Virus record (IMG/VR): IMGVR_UViG_3300032268_000832
Span: 186,001 to 250,000 of that record
DNA: 64,000 nucleotides
Strand: one strand, 5' to 3'
Below, piece after piece: positions 29,888 to 40,369 of this stretch (position 1 is the stretch's first letter; the number at the start of each line of letters is the position of its first letter). Below the pieces are notes generated by a model that had not been told where the DNA came from, made no database searches, and was given only the letters and a program-made list of their open reading frames with translations. Both the position numbers and the translations under genes were made by a program.

Positions 29888-31012
29888 ATGTTAAAAATAC
29901 AAAAATTTATAAAAGAAAACGGTTTTGAAAAAGCTGTTAAAGAGTTTCAATTAAAAACTCGTGAATACGAACACAAAGTGTTATTGAAATATGACCAATT
30001 AGTGTCACCAACTATTATGTCGAACATAGAAGTTCAAGAATGTAGAGGTCTTATCCTTGAAAAAGGTACATGGGATGTTATGTCGTTGGCTTTCACAAAA
30101 TTCTTCAATGCTGAAGAAGGAAACGCTGCTAAAATAGATTGGAACACAGCTCACGTTTTAGAGAAACTTGACGGTACTCTTATACAAGTGTATTGGGACT
30201 GGGTAAACGAAGAATGGTATGCTGGTACTACTGGTACAGCTGAGGGTGAGGGTGAAGTTAACAACAAAATGGGAACTACTTTTAACTCATTGTTTTGGGA
30301 CACTGTAACAAAACAATATGCGTTGAATACATGTATGTTCGACAAAAACCATGTATATGTGTTTGAGTTAACAACTCCATATAATATTGTTGTAAAACCA
30401 CACGGAGAATCATCAGCAACTTTGTTGACTGTTAGAAACCGTGTTACATTACAAGAGGTTTCTTGGAAAAACTTAACTATGATTGCAGAATCGTTAAGAG
30501 TACCATTGGTTAAAAGATTTGACTTGAATGCTAAAGATGTGGGTACTTTGTTACGTACATTTGAAGGTATGCCATGGTCAGAAGAAGGTTACGTTGTTGT
30601 AGACGCTAATTTTAACCGTATCAAGATAAAAAACCCAGCTTACGTTGCGGTTCACCACTTGAAAGGTAAAACAGCTGAACACAACATCATAACTATCGTT
30701 AAATCTAACGAGATAGAAGAATTCGCTTCAACTTTCCCAGAAAGAAAAGATGAATTGCTTAGACTTAAAGATAACTACGATAAATTAACTGACAAGTTAA
30801 ATGATGTTTGGGTTGAGTTAAGTGCTCGTAAACCAAAAAACATAACCAAAGAAGAAAAGAAAAGATACGCTGCGGCTGTATTTGAAGTTTGTGGTAAACA
30901 CGACTTAAAACAATTCACTGGATTGTATTTCGGATTGGTTGATGGTAAAGTTGGTTCCGTAGAAGACTTCATTGTAAACTACGATGACAAATTATTATAC
31001 AAAATGCTCTAA
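29888..31012 (+). CDS. RNA ligase, T4 Rnl1-like
   Basis: ECRGLIL, KFFN, EKLDGTLI, FEL, EGYVV, KIK. Confidence 0.85.
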   Translation: MLKIQKFIKENGFEKAVKEFQLKTREYEHKVLLKYDQLVSPTIMSNIEVQECRGLILEKGTWDVMSLAFTKFFNAEEGNAAKIDWNTAHVLEKLDGTLIQVYWDWVNEEWYAGTTGTAEGEGEVNNKMGTTFNSLFWDTVTKQYALNTCMFDKNHVYVFELTTPYNIVVKPHGESSATLLTVRNRVTLQEVSWKNLTMIAESLRVPLVKRFDLNAKDVGTLLRTFEGMPWSEEGYVVVDANFNRIKIKNPAYVAVHHLKGKTAEHNIITIVKSNEIEEFASTFPERKDELLRLKDNYDKLTDKLNDVWVELSARKPKNITKEEKKRYAAAVFEVCGKHDLKQFTGLYFGLVDGKVGSVEDFIVNYDDKLLYKML

Positions 31013-31050
31013 CTCTTTGGGGTTAGAGCTTAACCTTTAAAAATAAAAAA

Positions 31051-31692
31051 ATGGCAAAAAATCATAAACTAAATGAACGTTTATTAATAGAATACGTTAA
31101 TTCTGGTGAATGGACTATTAATGATAGTGGTGAAATATGGTCTAAAATTAAAAGGGTTGGTGCTGGGTTTTATGAAGTAGAACCATACAGAATTGAGAGA
31201 AAGACCAAGGAAGGTTATTTAAGTATAAGAGGTTCTGTTAATGGAAAAAGATATAGTAGTTTTGCACATAGATTAGTTTGGCAATATTTTAACGGTGATA
31301 TAAACGATGGTTTAACAATAAACCATAAAGATGGTGATAAAACTAATAACAAATTATCAAATTTAGAACTAGCAACATATAAAGAACAATCCAAGCATTC
31401 TAGAGAAGTTCTCGGTAACGTGATAGACCAATATGGTGAAAAAAACCCTTCCTTTAAACTAAAAGATTCAGAGGTAGAAGAAATTAGAGAATTATATAAA
31501 ACCAAAAACTACACTCAAGTACAAATTGGGGAAATGTACGGTGTTGCACATCAAACAATATCTAAAATAGTAAATGGTGATAGAAGAAATAAAGATTTAA
31601 AAACAGTAAAACAAGATTATAGAAACTGCCTTAAAAGCGTTAGAAACGATAAAGGTAGGTTTATATTAAAAACAAATAAAGATAACATTTAA
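31051..31692 (+). mobile_element. HNH homing endonuclease with C-terminal HTH
   Basis: HRLVW..INHKDGDKTNNKLSNLE. Confidence 0.85.
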
Positions 31693-31702
31693 TTAGTTTA
31701 TA

Positions 31703-32044
31703 ATGGCAAAAATAACACCTTTATATCCACAATTCGTAACTGTTGATGGTAATTGTGCGTTACGTTTAATCTACGATGGTGGAAAATATAAATATTACAG
31801 AGATGGCGGTCAATGGGGTGTTGATTGTTATAGAGACTCAGAAGGTATTTTACGAGCATATTGTAGGGATATTAAATCGTTAGATGATAAACCATTGCTT
31901 TCAATATCTGAAAAAGAATGGAGACTATGTAACGGTAAATACGTGCCACATAAGTTTGAACGATACGGTTCTGAACGTGACACCACTGGAGATGTAAAAA
32001 AAGAAGTACCAAAAAACAAAAATAAATACCTTTTAATACGATAA
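31703..32044 (+). CDS. hypothetical protein ending KYLLIR
   Basis: ORF track. Confidence 0.6.
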   Translation: MAKITPLYPQFVTVDGNCALRLIYDGGKYKYYRDGGQWGVDCYRDSEGILRAYCRDIKSLDDKPLLSISEKEWRLCNGKYVPHKFERYGSERDTTGDVKKEVPKNKNKYLLIR

Positions 32045-32046
32045 AA

Positions 32047-32217
32047 ATGGAAAAAGAAAATAACTATGAAGGTATAAAGTCGATTTACCATTATATTCCT
32101 CATTATGATATTGAGACTTTGATTGATTTTGATAGGGTATCTAAAAATCCTTGTTCCGAAATTGAATTACCAAAACAAAAAGAAAACAAACGTAAATACC
32201 TTTTAATTGCAAGATAA
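32047..32217 (+). CDS. 56-aa protein ending KYLLIAR (not in track)
   Basis: manual translation MEKENNYEG...NPCSEIELPKQKENKRKYLLIAR. Confidence 0.55.
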   Translation: MEKENNYEGIKSIYHYIPHYDIETLIDFDRVSKNPCSEIELPKQKENKRKYLLIAR

Positions 32218-32720
32218 TGACTTATACAGACAAAACTTACGAAGAAGCAAAATTGGTTGCTATAAAAGCGCATAGCAACCAATCCTATGATGAAATATTC
32301 CCATACCACAAACACTTACAAGACGTTGTGGATGTAATCAAAAGATTTGGATACTCTGGGAAATACATCGTGGCATCTTGGTTGCATGATGCAATCGAGG
32401 ACGATGGTATAAGCTACAACGACATAAAGAAACACTTCGGTATTGAAGTTGCTGAAATGGTTTTCTGTGTTACTGATGAGCTTGGGAGAAACAGAAAAGA
32501 GAAAAAAGAGAAAACTTTACCTAAAACTGCTAGCAATCCAGATGCAATTATTCTTAAGTTGGCTGATAGAATCGCAAACATTGAACATGGTGGTAAAATT
32601 GACATGTATGCCAAGGAATACGCGGAGTTCAAAGGTGCTTTGTACTTAAACACACCAATCGCTGCCAAACCAATGTGGGAACACTTAGAAAAATTATTGG
32701 GAAAAAGTTTGGAGGATTAA
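32217..32720 (+). CDS. HD-domain hydrolase, Mesh1/SpoT-like
   Basis: AHSNQ, PYHKH, WLHDAIED, KLADRIAN. Confidence 0.8.
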   Translation: MTYTDKTYEEAKLVAIKAHSNQSYDEIFPYHKHLQDVVDVIKRFGYSGKYIVASWLHDAIEDDGISYNDIKKHFGIEVAEMVFCVTDELGRNRKEKKEKTLPKTASNPDAIILKLADRIANIEHGGKIDMYAKEYAEFKGALYLNTPIAAKPMWEHLEKLLGKSLED

Positions 32721-32758
32721 AAATAAGTAGTATATTTGCAATCTAAAACAAAAACATT

Positions 32759-33070
32759 ATGGCAGGTGAAATAATTGGTGAATTGATAGCGGGGGTAGCT
32801 GAAGTTGGGTTTGAAGCCGCTTCAATCTCAAACAACAAAAAAAATGGTATTGGGTGTCTAATAATGACAATTCTTTTAATAGGGTTGATTATTGGTGTAT
32901 ACTACATGGCCACTAAAGAACCAACACAACCAACACATGGTCTTGTGACCAAAAAATTACCCGATGACAAGATGGTTATCAAAACCAAAAAAGGTGAAGA
33001 CGTTTATACAATAACACATGAGTTATACCTTAACAAAAAAGTAGGTGACTCAATAATTCTAAATAATTAA
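32759..33070 (+). CDS. single-TM membrane protein
   Basis: hydrophobic segment. Confidence 0.6.
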   Translation: MAGEIIGELIAGVAEVGFEAASISNNKKNGIGCLIMTILLIGLIIGVYYMATKEPTQPTHGLVTKKLPDDKMVIKTKKGEDVYTITHELYLNKKVGDSIILNN

Positions 33071-33071
33071 T

Positions 33072-34472
33072 ATGACAATCAAACAAATTTTTGATGAGAT
33101 TGCTGCTGAAAGCGGTAACAACGCTAAGATTGAAATTCTTAGAAAGTACCAAGACAACGAACTATTGAAAAAAGTTCTTTATATGGCTAACTCTAAAAGA
33201 GTTAAATTTTATATCAAAAGAATCCCTGAATATACACCTATTTTAGAATATCCAGAAGGTATTGATTTTATAGGTCAATTAGGTAGATTAGATGGTTTAT
33301 CATTAAGAGTTACTACTGGTTCTTATGCTACTTTATTATTAAAAGATATTTTATCACATATGACAGCTGATGATGCTTATATCGTAGAACGTATAATTGA
33401 GAAAGATTGTAAAATTGGTATGGGTACCACATTTATGAACAAAGTATTCAAAGACCTTATTGAAGACACACCTTATATGGGTGCTGTTTCTTTTGATGAG
33501 AAGAAAGCTCGTAAAATCTTCGAAAAAGGTGCTAAGGGTTTTTCACAAATTAAAATGGATGGCCGTTACTGTAATGCCGTTATCCGAAATGGTGAAGTTG
33601 AAATGGAATCACGCCAAGGTGAACCAACAACACTTACTGGTGCTAAATTTTTAGAAGAATTAGAATCGTTTGAAGACTGTGTACTTAATGGTGAGTTAAC
33701 AATGGTTGATACACCTAGATATGAGTCTAACGGTATCATAGCTTCTCTTATCGACATCTTAGGTAAAAAAGACTCTAGAACTGAAAAAGAGAACGAAAAG
33801 AAATTAAAAGCGTTCAATGACAAACATGGTTCGTTGGAAGAAGCGTTAGATAAAATCCGTTACACAGTATGGGACCGATTAACCGTAGATGAATACTTCA
33901 ACAAATCATCAAAACTTAAATATGTTGAGCGTTTAGCAACACTAGAAAAAGTGATTCAAGATGCTGGTTCTACATGTGTTAATTTGATTGAGAGTATGAT
34001 TGTTCATAACTATAAGCAAGCTATGAATCACTTCAAAGAAGTGTTAGCGTTAGGTGAAGAAGGTACAATCCTTAAAGCGTGGGATGGTGAGTGGAAAGAT
34101 GGTAAACCAACATGGCAAATTAAGCTTAAATTGGAATTAACGTTAGATTTGGTTATTACTGGATTCAACTACGGAACCAAAGGAACTAAAAACGAAAACG
34201 TTGTTAGTTCATTGAACGCCGAAACATCATGTGGTAAATTAAAAACTAGACCACAAGGGTTAAAAGAAGACTTAATGAAAGAAATTACTAAAAACCAAGA
34301 TAATTTGTTAGGTACAATTATTGAGGTTAAGTGTTCTGGTCTTTCATTTGATAACACAGGTGCTTATTCATTGTTATATCCAGCGTTTAAACACTTTAGA
34401 GATGATAAGAGTGAGGCTAATTCTTTAGATGAGTGTATTGAAATTCAAAATGCTGCGTTAGGTTTATCATAA
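33072..34472 (+). CDS. ATP-dependent DNA ligase
   Basis: KMDG, LNGEL, EGTILK, KLK, FRDDK. Confidence 0.9.
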   Translation: MTIKQIFDEIAAESGNNAKIEILRKYQDNELLKKVLYMANSKRVKFYIKRIPEYTPILEYPEGIDFIGQLGRLDGLSLRVTTGSYATLLLKDILSHMTADDAYIVERIIEKDCKIGMGTTFMNKVFKDLIEDTPYMGAVSFDEKKARKIFEKGAKGFSQIKMDGRYCNAVIRNGEVEMESRQGEPTTLTGAKFLEELESFEDCVLNGELTMVDTPRYESNGIIASLIDILGKKDSRTEKENEKKLKAFNDKHGSLEEALDKIRYTVWDRLTVDEYFNKSSKLKYVERLATLEKVIQDAGSTCVNLIESMIVHNYKQAMNHFKEVLALGEEGTILKAWDGEWKDGKPTWQIKLKLELTLDLVITGFNYGTKGTKNENVVSSLNAETSCGKLKTRPQGLKEDLMKEITKNQDNLLGTIIEVKCSGLSFDNTGAYSLLYPAFKHFRDDKSEANSLDECIEIQNAALGLS

Positions 34473-34576
34473 ATTAACAAAAAATAAACAATAAAAATTT
34501 GGTATATCAAATTTAACTTAGTATATTTGTAACCTAATAACAAAAAAATTTAATTATTAAAAAAAAAAGAAAAATT

Positions 34577-35053
34577 ATGAAAAAATTATTTTACGTATTA
34601 ATTGCGTTTATCGCATTAACAGTTACAGCACAAGGTCAAACAGATTCTACAAAAGTTAAAACAACTAAATATGTTTCGGTTGGGTTATCAATGTCAAATT
34701 TTGACGAAACTTTTTCTGATAACTCTTATCCAAGTGTTGAAGTTGGTTTCACAAAAAATGATATTTCTTATGGTGTGGTTTTAGGTAGAGCATCGTTAAG
34801 AGATTTAGGTAGTTTTAGTGATAACATCCAAAATTATTTTTATGAAATTAAGATATCTCCATCTACATCTTTAGGTTACTTAAACGGTAATTTAATTTTA
34901 GGTCTTGGGGGTTACATTAATCAAGGGAATAGACATTTTGTAGAATATGGCGCTGGTTTATCTAAAACTTTTGGTAACGTAAGTTATGGTTTATCATATT
35001 CTAATTGGGATGGTGTTGATTATGTTACACCAAGTGTTAGTTTAAGTTTCTAA
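34577..35053 (+). CDS. putative small outer-membrane beta-barrel protein
   Basis: signal peptide, alternating beta pattern, C-terminal Phe. Confidence 0.55.
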   Translation: MKKLFYVLIAFIALTVTAQGQTDSTKVKTTKYVSVGLSMSNFDETFSDNSYPSVEVGFTKNDISYGVVLGRASLRDLGSFSDNIQNYFYEIKISPSTSLGYLNGNLILGLGGYINQGNRHFVEYGAGLSKTFGNVSYGLSYSNWDGVDYVTPSVSLSF

Positions 35054-35134
35054 TAAACAAAAAACATATAAAAACAAAAATGGGTGTGTAATAACACCCT
35101 TTTTTACTAGTAAAAATTAAATAAAAAGAACAAG

Positions 35135-36187
35135 ATGAAAAAAATGATTAAATTTCCGTCTATCGAACAATTCAGAAGCGTTGTAGCTACTGTTCTTAGA
35201 AAATATAATTTTGTTGGTCTTGATGAGAATGGTGATGCGATTTACGACACCACAAAACCAAAACCAACGCTTACCTTCAAGGGCACTGTGAAACTTCACG
35301 GAACCAATGCTGGTGTTTCTTTCAAATACGGTTATGATAACACTAGTGAGTATTGGGTACAATCTCGTGAAAACATTATCACACCAGAAAAAGACAATGC
35401 TGGTTTTGCTTTCTTTGTTGAATCACATAAAGAAGCGTTTAAAAAATTTGCTAGTCAAATTGATTCGTTGGGGATGTTTGATGTCCGTCATAACATCGTT
35501 ACGATTTATGGTGAATGGGCTGGTGGTAACATTCAGAAGGGTGTTGGTATTTCAAATCTACCAAAATCATTCTTTATCTTTGGTGTTAAAGTAACTCCGA
35601 TTACTGAAACTGAAGAAGAAGCTAGACAAAAACCAGCTTATTGGATTCCTTCACACTTTTTGAAAAGTCCTGAGGATAACATTTACAATATCGAAGATTT
35701 CCAAACTTGGGAAATCGATATTGACTTTAACATGCCACAATTGGTTCAAAACAAATTGTCAGAACTTACACTAGCTGTTGAAGAAGAATGTCCAGTTGCT
35801 AAGGCTTTTGGGTTCTCTGGAATCGGTGAAGGTATTGTTTGGTCAACAACGCTTAACGGAAACGTACACCGCTTCAAGGTGAAGGGCGAACGCCACTCTA
35901 GTTCAAAGGTTAAAACACTTGCAGCTGTAGACACTGAAAAATTGGAATCAATCCAAAGCTTTGTTGAATACGCAGTAACTGAAAGTCGTTTCAATCAAGC
36001 ACTTGAAAATGTATTCCCTAACGAAGAACCAATTGAAAACAAAAAATTGGGTGATGTAATTCGTTGGGTTGTAAACGACGTAATCAAAGAGGAAATGGAC
36101 ACCATGACTGATAACAAAATCGAACCAAAAGATGTGAACAAATACATCTCTTCTAAGGTTAGAGATATGTTCTTTAAGTTGGTGTAA
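35135..36187 (+). CDS. RNA ligase, Rnl2-like
   Basis: VKLHGTN, IYGEW, GEGIVW, FKVK. Confidence 0.8.
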   Translation: MKKMIKFPSIEQFRSVVATVLRKYNFVGLDENGDAIYDTTKPKPTLTFKGTVKLHGTNAGVSFKYGYDNTSEYWVQSRENIITPEKDNAGFAFFVESHKEAFKKFASQIDSLGMFDVRHNIVTIYGEWAGGNIQKGVGISNLPKSFFIFGVKVTPITETEEEARQKPAYWIPSHFLKSPEDNIYNIEDFQTWEIDIDFNMPQLVQNKLSELTLAVEEECPVAKAFGFSGIGEGIVWSTTLNGNVHRFKVKGERHSSSKVKTLAAVDTEKLESIQSFVEYAVTESRFNQALENVFPNEEPIENKKLGDVIRWVVNDVIKEEMDTMTDNKIEPKDVNKYISSKVRDMFFKLV

Positions 36188-36281
36188 ATCAAAGAGTTAG
36201 TAGCTGAAAAAAGTTAATTTTTTTTAGTGAAAACTCTTTATTTTTATATAAAATAACGTATATTAATAATAAAAAAAACGG

Positions 36282-37622
36282 ATGAATTCAAAATTATTTA
36301 TTGCAGAAAAAGTTAAGGTTGGTTTTAACCCAAGAACCGATACTTATAGTGGAAAATTGGGTTATGTTATCGGCTTTGACGGTAAAAAATGGCGTAAAGA
36401 ACCTTCATGGGAAGGTTGGAGGTATCACCACATGGATGATGATACGTATCAGCAAAAACGTAGAGAGCAATACAATGACCGTGTGGCTAAGTCTAAAAAA
36501 GACCATGCTTATTATGTTCAAGAATCTTCAAAAAATAAAAATAATTGGTATAAGCAATATGCTGATATGACTGAGGAAGAATATGTTGATAAATTTGTTG
36601 GTTCTTATGATAAATTCACACCTAGTCTTGGTAGAGTTTCTTCTGACGAATCACTTAAACCAATTGAATTTGACAACGTACCAACAGAAGGTTTTGTATT
36701 AAACAAAAAAGTTGGTGGTTACTCTAACGGTTGGGACCATAGGTCAACTTATTGTCGTGTGTACGACCCGAGAGGTTTCGAGTTTGAAATCAGTGTTCCT
36801 AATTTGTTGTTTATTCTTCAAGAGTGTAACGCGATGAAAGGAAAAGGTCTAGAAGGGGCTTTTGTGTATGCTTGGGATGGTAAGGATTTAGTGTTGTTAC
36901 CAACAACCAGTCTTGATTATCAAGAATCACAGAAGTTTACTGAAATGCAATCACAAAAAATCGGGGTTAAGGATTTGGTTGAGGGTTGTACTTACAAAAC
37001 AAAACAAATGGAAGAATACATCTATTTGGGTAAATTCAACTGGTTTGATGAACATTACAGATATAGTCATGATAGATACGACAAAGTTAGTTGTGGGAAA
37101 AGACAGGTGTTTTATAAAGTTCAAAAACCTAATTATGGTGAAAGAATTGAATCGTTTACTAGTTTAGCTAAATTTGCAATTAAAACAAATGACACACCAG
37201 TTTCAAACTACGCTGAATTGTTGGATGAATTTAATAAATCAAAATTTAGTGGTATTATTGATAACCTTGAAGAAATCGATGCTTTTATACCAACAGAATT
37301 AACATATTCTCACCATTCGCATGAAGATTATGGGTATTGTTATTTACCATTGGGTAATAACCAATACGAACAGTATGCTTTAGAAACGGACGAAGTTGAA
37401 TACTCTAACGCTAGTTACTATTATAATAGAAATAGTAAAAATAAGATTAAGACATACAAGTTAACAGCTAAAAAAGTTGTTACGGTTAAAGACGGTGAGA
37501 TTAAATTGAAAACAATCAAACCAAAGTTAATTGAAAAGATTTCATATCAAACTATTAAGGATATGAAATTAAAATTAGTTACGATAAATAAAAATAACAA
37601 AAATAGAGTATTAGTATTTTAA
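36282..37622 (+). CDS. hypothetical phage protein
   Basis: 446-aa ORF. Confidence 0.75.
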   Translation: MNSKLFIAEKVKVGFNPRTDTYSGKLGYVIGFDGKKWRKEPSWEGWRYHHMDDDTYQQKRREQYNDRVAKSKKDHAYYVQESSKNKNNWYKQYADMTEEEYVDKFVGSYDKFTPSLGRVSSDESLKPIEFDNVPTEGFVLNKKVGGYSNGWDHRSTYCRVYDPRGFEFEISVPNLLFILQECNAMKGKGLEGAFVYAWDGKDLVLLPTTSLDYQESQKFTEMQSQKIGVKDLVEGCTYKTKQMEEYIYLGKFNWFDEHYRYSHDRYDKVSCGKRQVFYKVQKPNYGERIESFTSLAKFAIKTNDTPVSNYAELLDEFNKSKFSGIIDNLEEIDAFIPTELTYSHHSHEDYGYCYLPLGNNQYEQYALETDEVEYSNASYYYNRNSKNKIKTYKLTAKKVVTVKDGEIKLKTIKPKLIEKISYQTIKDMKLKLVTINKNNKNRVLVF

Positions 37623-37624
37623 TT

Positions 37625-38062
37625 ATGAGTGCAAACAACGACAAATTAGTACAAGAGTTAACCAAGATTGTTAACGAGAAAAAAGCAGCCATCGCTAAGG
37701 CTGAAAGACCTAACTGGAACACTAACTGTGCTTTCAGATACAGCAAAGATTCCTCAGCTAGTATCAACCTACAAGTATGTAGTGCGGTAGAAGAATTGGT
37801 TTATATTTTAGGTTTCTTGTGTGAGAAACGTAACGCGTTTAACGAAGCACAAAAAATCATCGGTACAAACCTAGAATTTAAGTGGTTTGGTTTTACCTTT
37901 GATGATTGGGCCGAAGACATCAAAACAAGAATCGACAAAATCGAGATTACAACCAAGAAAAAAGAGTTGGAAATGCTTGAGGAACGTCTTAACAAATTAA
38001 TCAGCCCAGAGCTTAGAGCACAAATGGAGCTTGAAGAAATCAGAAAATCTCTTGGTGTATAA
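37625..38062 (+). CDS. hypothetical coiled-coil protein
   Basis: ORF track. Confidence 0.65.
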   Translation: MSANNDKLVQELTKIVNEKKAAIAKAERPNWNTNCAFRYSKDSSASINLQVCSAVEELVYILGFLCEKRNAFNEAQKIIGTNLEFKWFGFTFDDWAEDIKTRIDKIEITTKKKELEMLEERLNKLISPELRAQMELEEIRKSLGV

Positions 38063-38268
38063 TGATTACCAATAAAGTATACAGATTGACCAAAAATGTT
38101 GAAGTGGCTAGAGATATGCCACTTAAAGCTGGTCAAGAACTTGAAGTTGTGATGGATGTGGTTTATATTAATGGGTTTCCATTACAACCAGAACTACAAC
38201 CATTATTCTTACGTTTTGTCAATGAAAACCAAAGTATTTTGGAAGACGTGACAAAAAAATGGAAATAA
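38062..38268 (+). CDS. hypothetical protein
   Basis: ORF track. Confidence 0.55.
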   Translation: MITNKVYRLTKNVEVARDMPLKAGQELEVVMDVVYINGFPLQPELQPLFLRFVNENQSILEDVTKKWK

Positions 38269-38320
38269 ATTTGGAAGTATAAAAAAGATTTAATATCTTT
38301 GCAAAAATAAATGTAGAAGT

Positions 38321-39610
38321 ATGATAACTAAAGAAAACGGCTTAAAATACGCTAAATTAATTCACGTATCGGTTGATAACGGAAAAACAGATAATAGCAA
38401 CAAAGTCTATATAATGGAAGAGCTTGCTGACGGTAGAATCAAATGTGAATACGGTAGAGTTGGTAAAAGTCTCACTACTGAGTATAAAGATAGTTCTAAA
38501 TGGAGTAGTGTTTACAAACAAAAGACTGGTGCTAGTAAAGGTTACACTGATGTAACAGAGTTATTAGCAGAACCAGTAGTTGATAATTCAAACGGTGGTT
38601 CACAAAACAACACTGTTGAAGCGATAAAAGATGCTATGGTTAAGAAATTAGTTCAAGACCTTATGGCATACGCAAATAAATCTATTCAAAAGAATTATAA
38701 AGTTACTCAAGACGCTGTTTCTGAACAACAAGTTGAAGCAGCACAAGAGGTTTTGTCTAAAGTTACAGCTATGCTTAAAGTTGGTGGTGACCTTAAAGAA
38801 GTGAACAACGAATTGTTAAGACTTTTTACCGTTATTCCTAGAAAAATGGATAACGTTAAAAATCACTTGGTTCAAGGTCTTGATAACGATGACGAATTGG
38901 AAAAAGCTCAAAGATTGTTGGGTGAAGAACAAAGTGCGCTGGATACCATGGCTGGTCAGGTTAAACTTATCAAACAACAAAAACAAACTATTGAAACCAC
39001 TGGTGAAGAAATGTCAGATATTGACATCCTTACTCAAATGGGTCTTAAGATTGAAGTTGAGAAAGATAGCGAAACACTTAGCCTTATCACCAAATTATTG
39101 GGTGATAATTCGTCAAAAGCCAAAAAGATTTTCAAAGTTGTTAATATTGCCACACAAGCCAAATTTGATAACCATTTTAAAACAGCTAAAGTTAAAAAGA
39201 AAAGACTTTACTGGCATGGTTCTCGAAACGAGAACTGGTTTAACATTATCCAGACTGGTCTTATGATTAGACCTTCTGGTGCTGTTTACACTGGTTCTAT
39301 GTTCGGTGATGGTGTGTATTTCGCTAACAAGAGTCAAAAATCATTGGGGTATAGTTCACTATCAGGTTCACATTGGACTAGAGGTAACTCTCAAGTAGGT
39401 TTCTTGGCATTGTTCGATGTACATTTAGGAAACGAGAAACACATTCACAAACATGATTCATCATGTTATAGTTTGAGTTACTCTAACATCCAAAAGGATG
39501 GTTTTGATAGCGTATACGCTCATGGTGGTGCTGACCTTAGAAATGACGAGTTCATTATCTACAATCCAGTACAATGTACAATTTCTCACTTAATACAAAT
39601 GGAACACTAA
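38321..39610 (+). CDS. WGR-domain poly(ADP-ribose) polymerase
   Basis: YGRVG; regulatory helices (FTVIPR); WHGSR, MFGDGVYFA, NDEFIIY triad. Confidence 0.9.
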   Translation: MITKENGLKYAKLIHVSVDNGKTDNSNKVYIMEELADGRIKCEYGRVGKSLTTEYKDSSKWSSVYKQKTGASKGYTDVTELLAEPVVDNSNGGSQNNTVEAIKDAMVKKLVQDLMAYANKSIQKNYKVTQDAVSEQQVEAAQEVLSKVTAMLKVGGDLKEVNNELLRLFTVIPRKMDNVKNHLVQGLDNDDELEKAQRLLGEEQSALDTMAGQVKLIKQQKQTIETTGEEMSDIDILTQMGLKIEVEKDSETLSLITKLLGDNSSKAKKIFKVVNIATQAKFDNHFKTAKVKKKRLYWHGSRNENWFNIIQTGLMIRPSGAVYTGSMFGDGVYFANKSQKSLGYSSLSGSHWTRGNSQVGFLALFDVHLGNEKHIHKHDSSCYSLSYSNIQKDGFDSVYAHGGADLRNDEFIIYNPVQCTISHLIQMEH

Positions 39611-40332
39611 TGGAAGAATTAGAATTTAAAACACCTTATCAATGGTGTTTAGAACTTAACATAAGGGTCTTAGACCTAAACGAATGGCCACTAGAGTGGT
39701 TCGGTTCAAAGGAGATGCATTATTTTATGTTTCCTACAATGCCTAAAGGTGAATTCCTTGAAGCGTTGTCACAATGCAAGGTAAAAGCTAACTCGATGCC
39801 AAGAAAAACTGAAATGTATTTGGAATACAGAATGTATGGTCTGGTTCCTTACAATATAAGTCCAATTCAACAAGGTATCCAATTTGGTCATGCTGTGGTT
39901 GAGTACGGTCAAACAGTTAAAGGTCTATCTAATTTAGAGAAGATTTATAATAAATGGGCCAAAGAAGATAAAACTTTTATTATCCTTAATGGTGGTACTA
40001 CTAACAATACACCAGATAAGTTAGGAAGTCTTAACCAACATTTAAGAACACTTACTGATAATGGTGTCGCTACAGCTGTTTTCCATGAACCAGACTTAGG
40101 GGACCAGTTAACAGCAGTTGTGTTCTTGGTTGACGAGAGAGTTTTCAATAGAGAACTTTACCCAGAGTTCCAAGAAGAAAAGTTACCTTATGGTACTCGT
40201 AAGCCGTCCAAAAAAGCTCAACTTGAATTGGAAGAAAGAAATGAATCCAACTACCAAAAATGGGTTGAAAAGATTGGAGGTCCTAAAAACGCTTTCTTGA
40301 GAGAGTTTTTAAAACCACTTAGGTTGGCTTAA
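39610..40332 (+). CDS. Pth2-like domain protein
   Basis: QQGIQFGHAV, FHEPDLGDQLTAVVF; similar to the 13239 gene. Confidence 0.65.
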   Translation: MEELEFKTPYQWCLELNIRVLDLNEWPLEWFGSKEMHYFMFPTMPKGEFLEALSQCKVKANSMPRKTEMYLEYRMYGLVPYNISPIQQGIQFGHAVVEYGQTVKGLSNLEKIYNKWAKEDKTFIILNGGTTNNTPDKLGSLNQHLRTLTDNGVATAVFHEPDLGDQLTAVVFLVDERVFNRELYPEFQEEKLPYGTRKPSKKAQLELEERNESNYQKWVEKIGGPKNAFLREFLKPLRLA

Positions 40333-40369
40333 ACCTTTACTAATTTCCTTGGGTTTCATATAATTGTGT

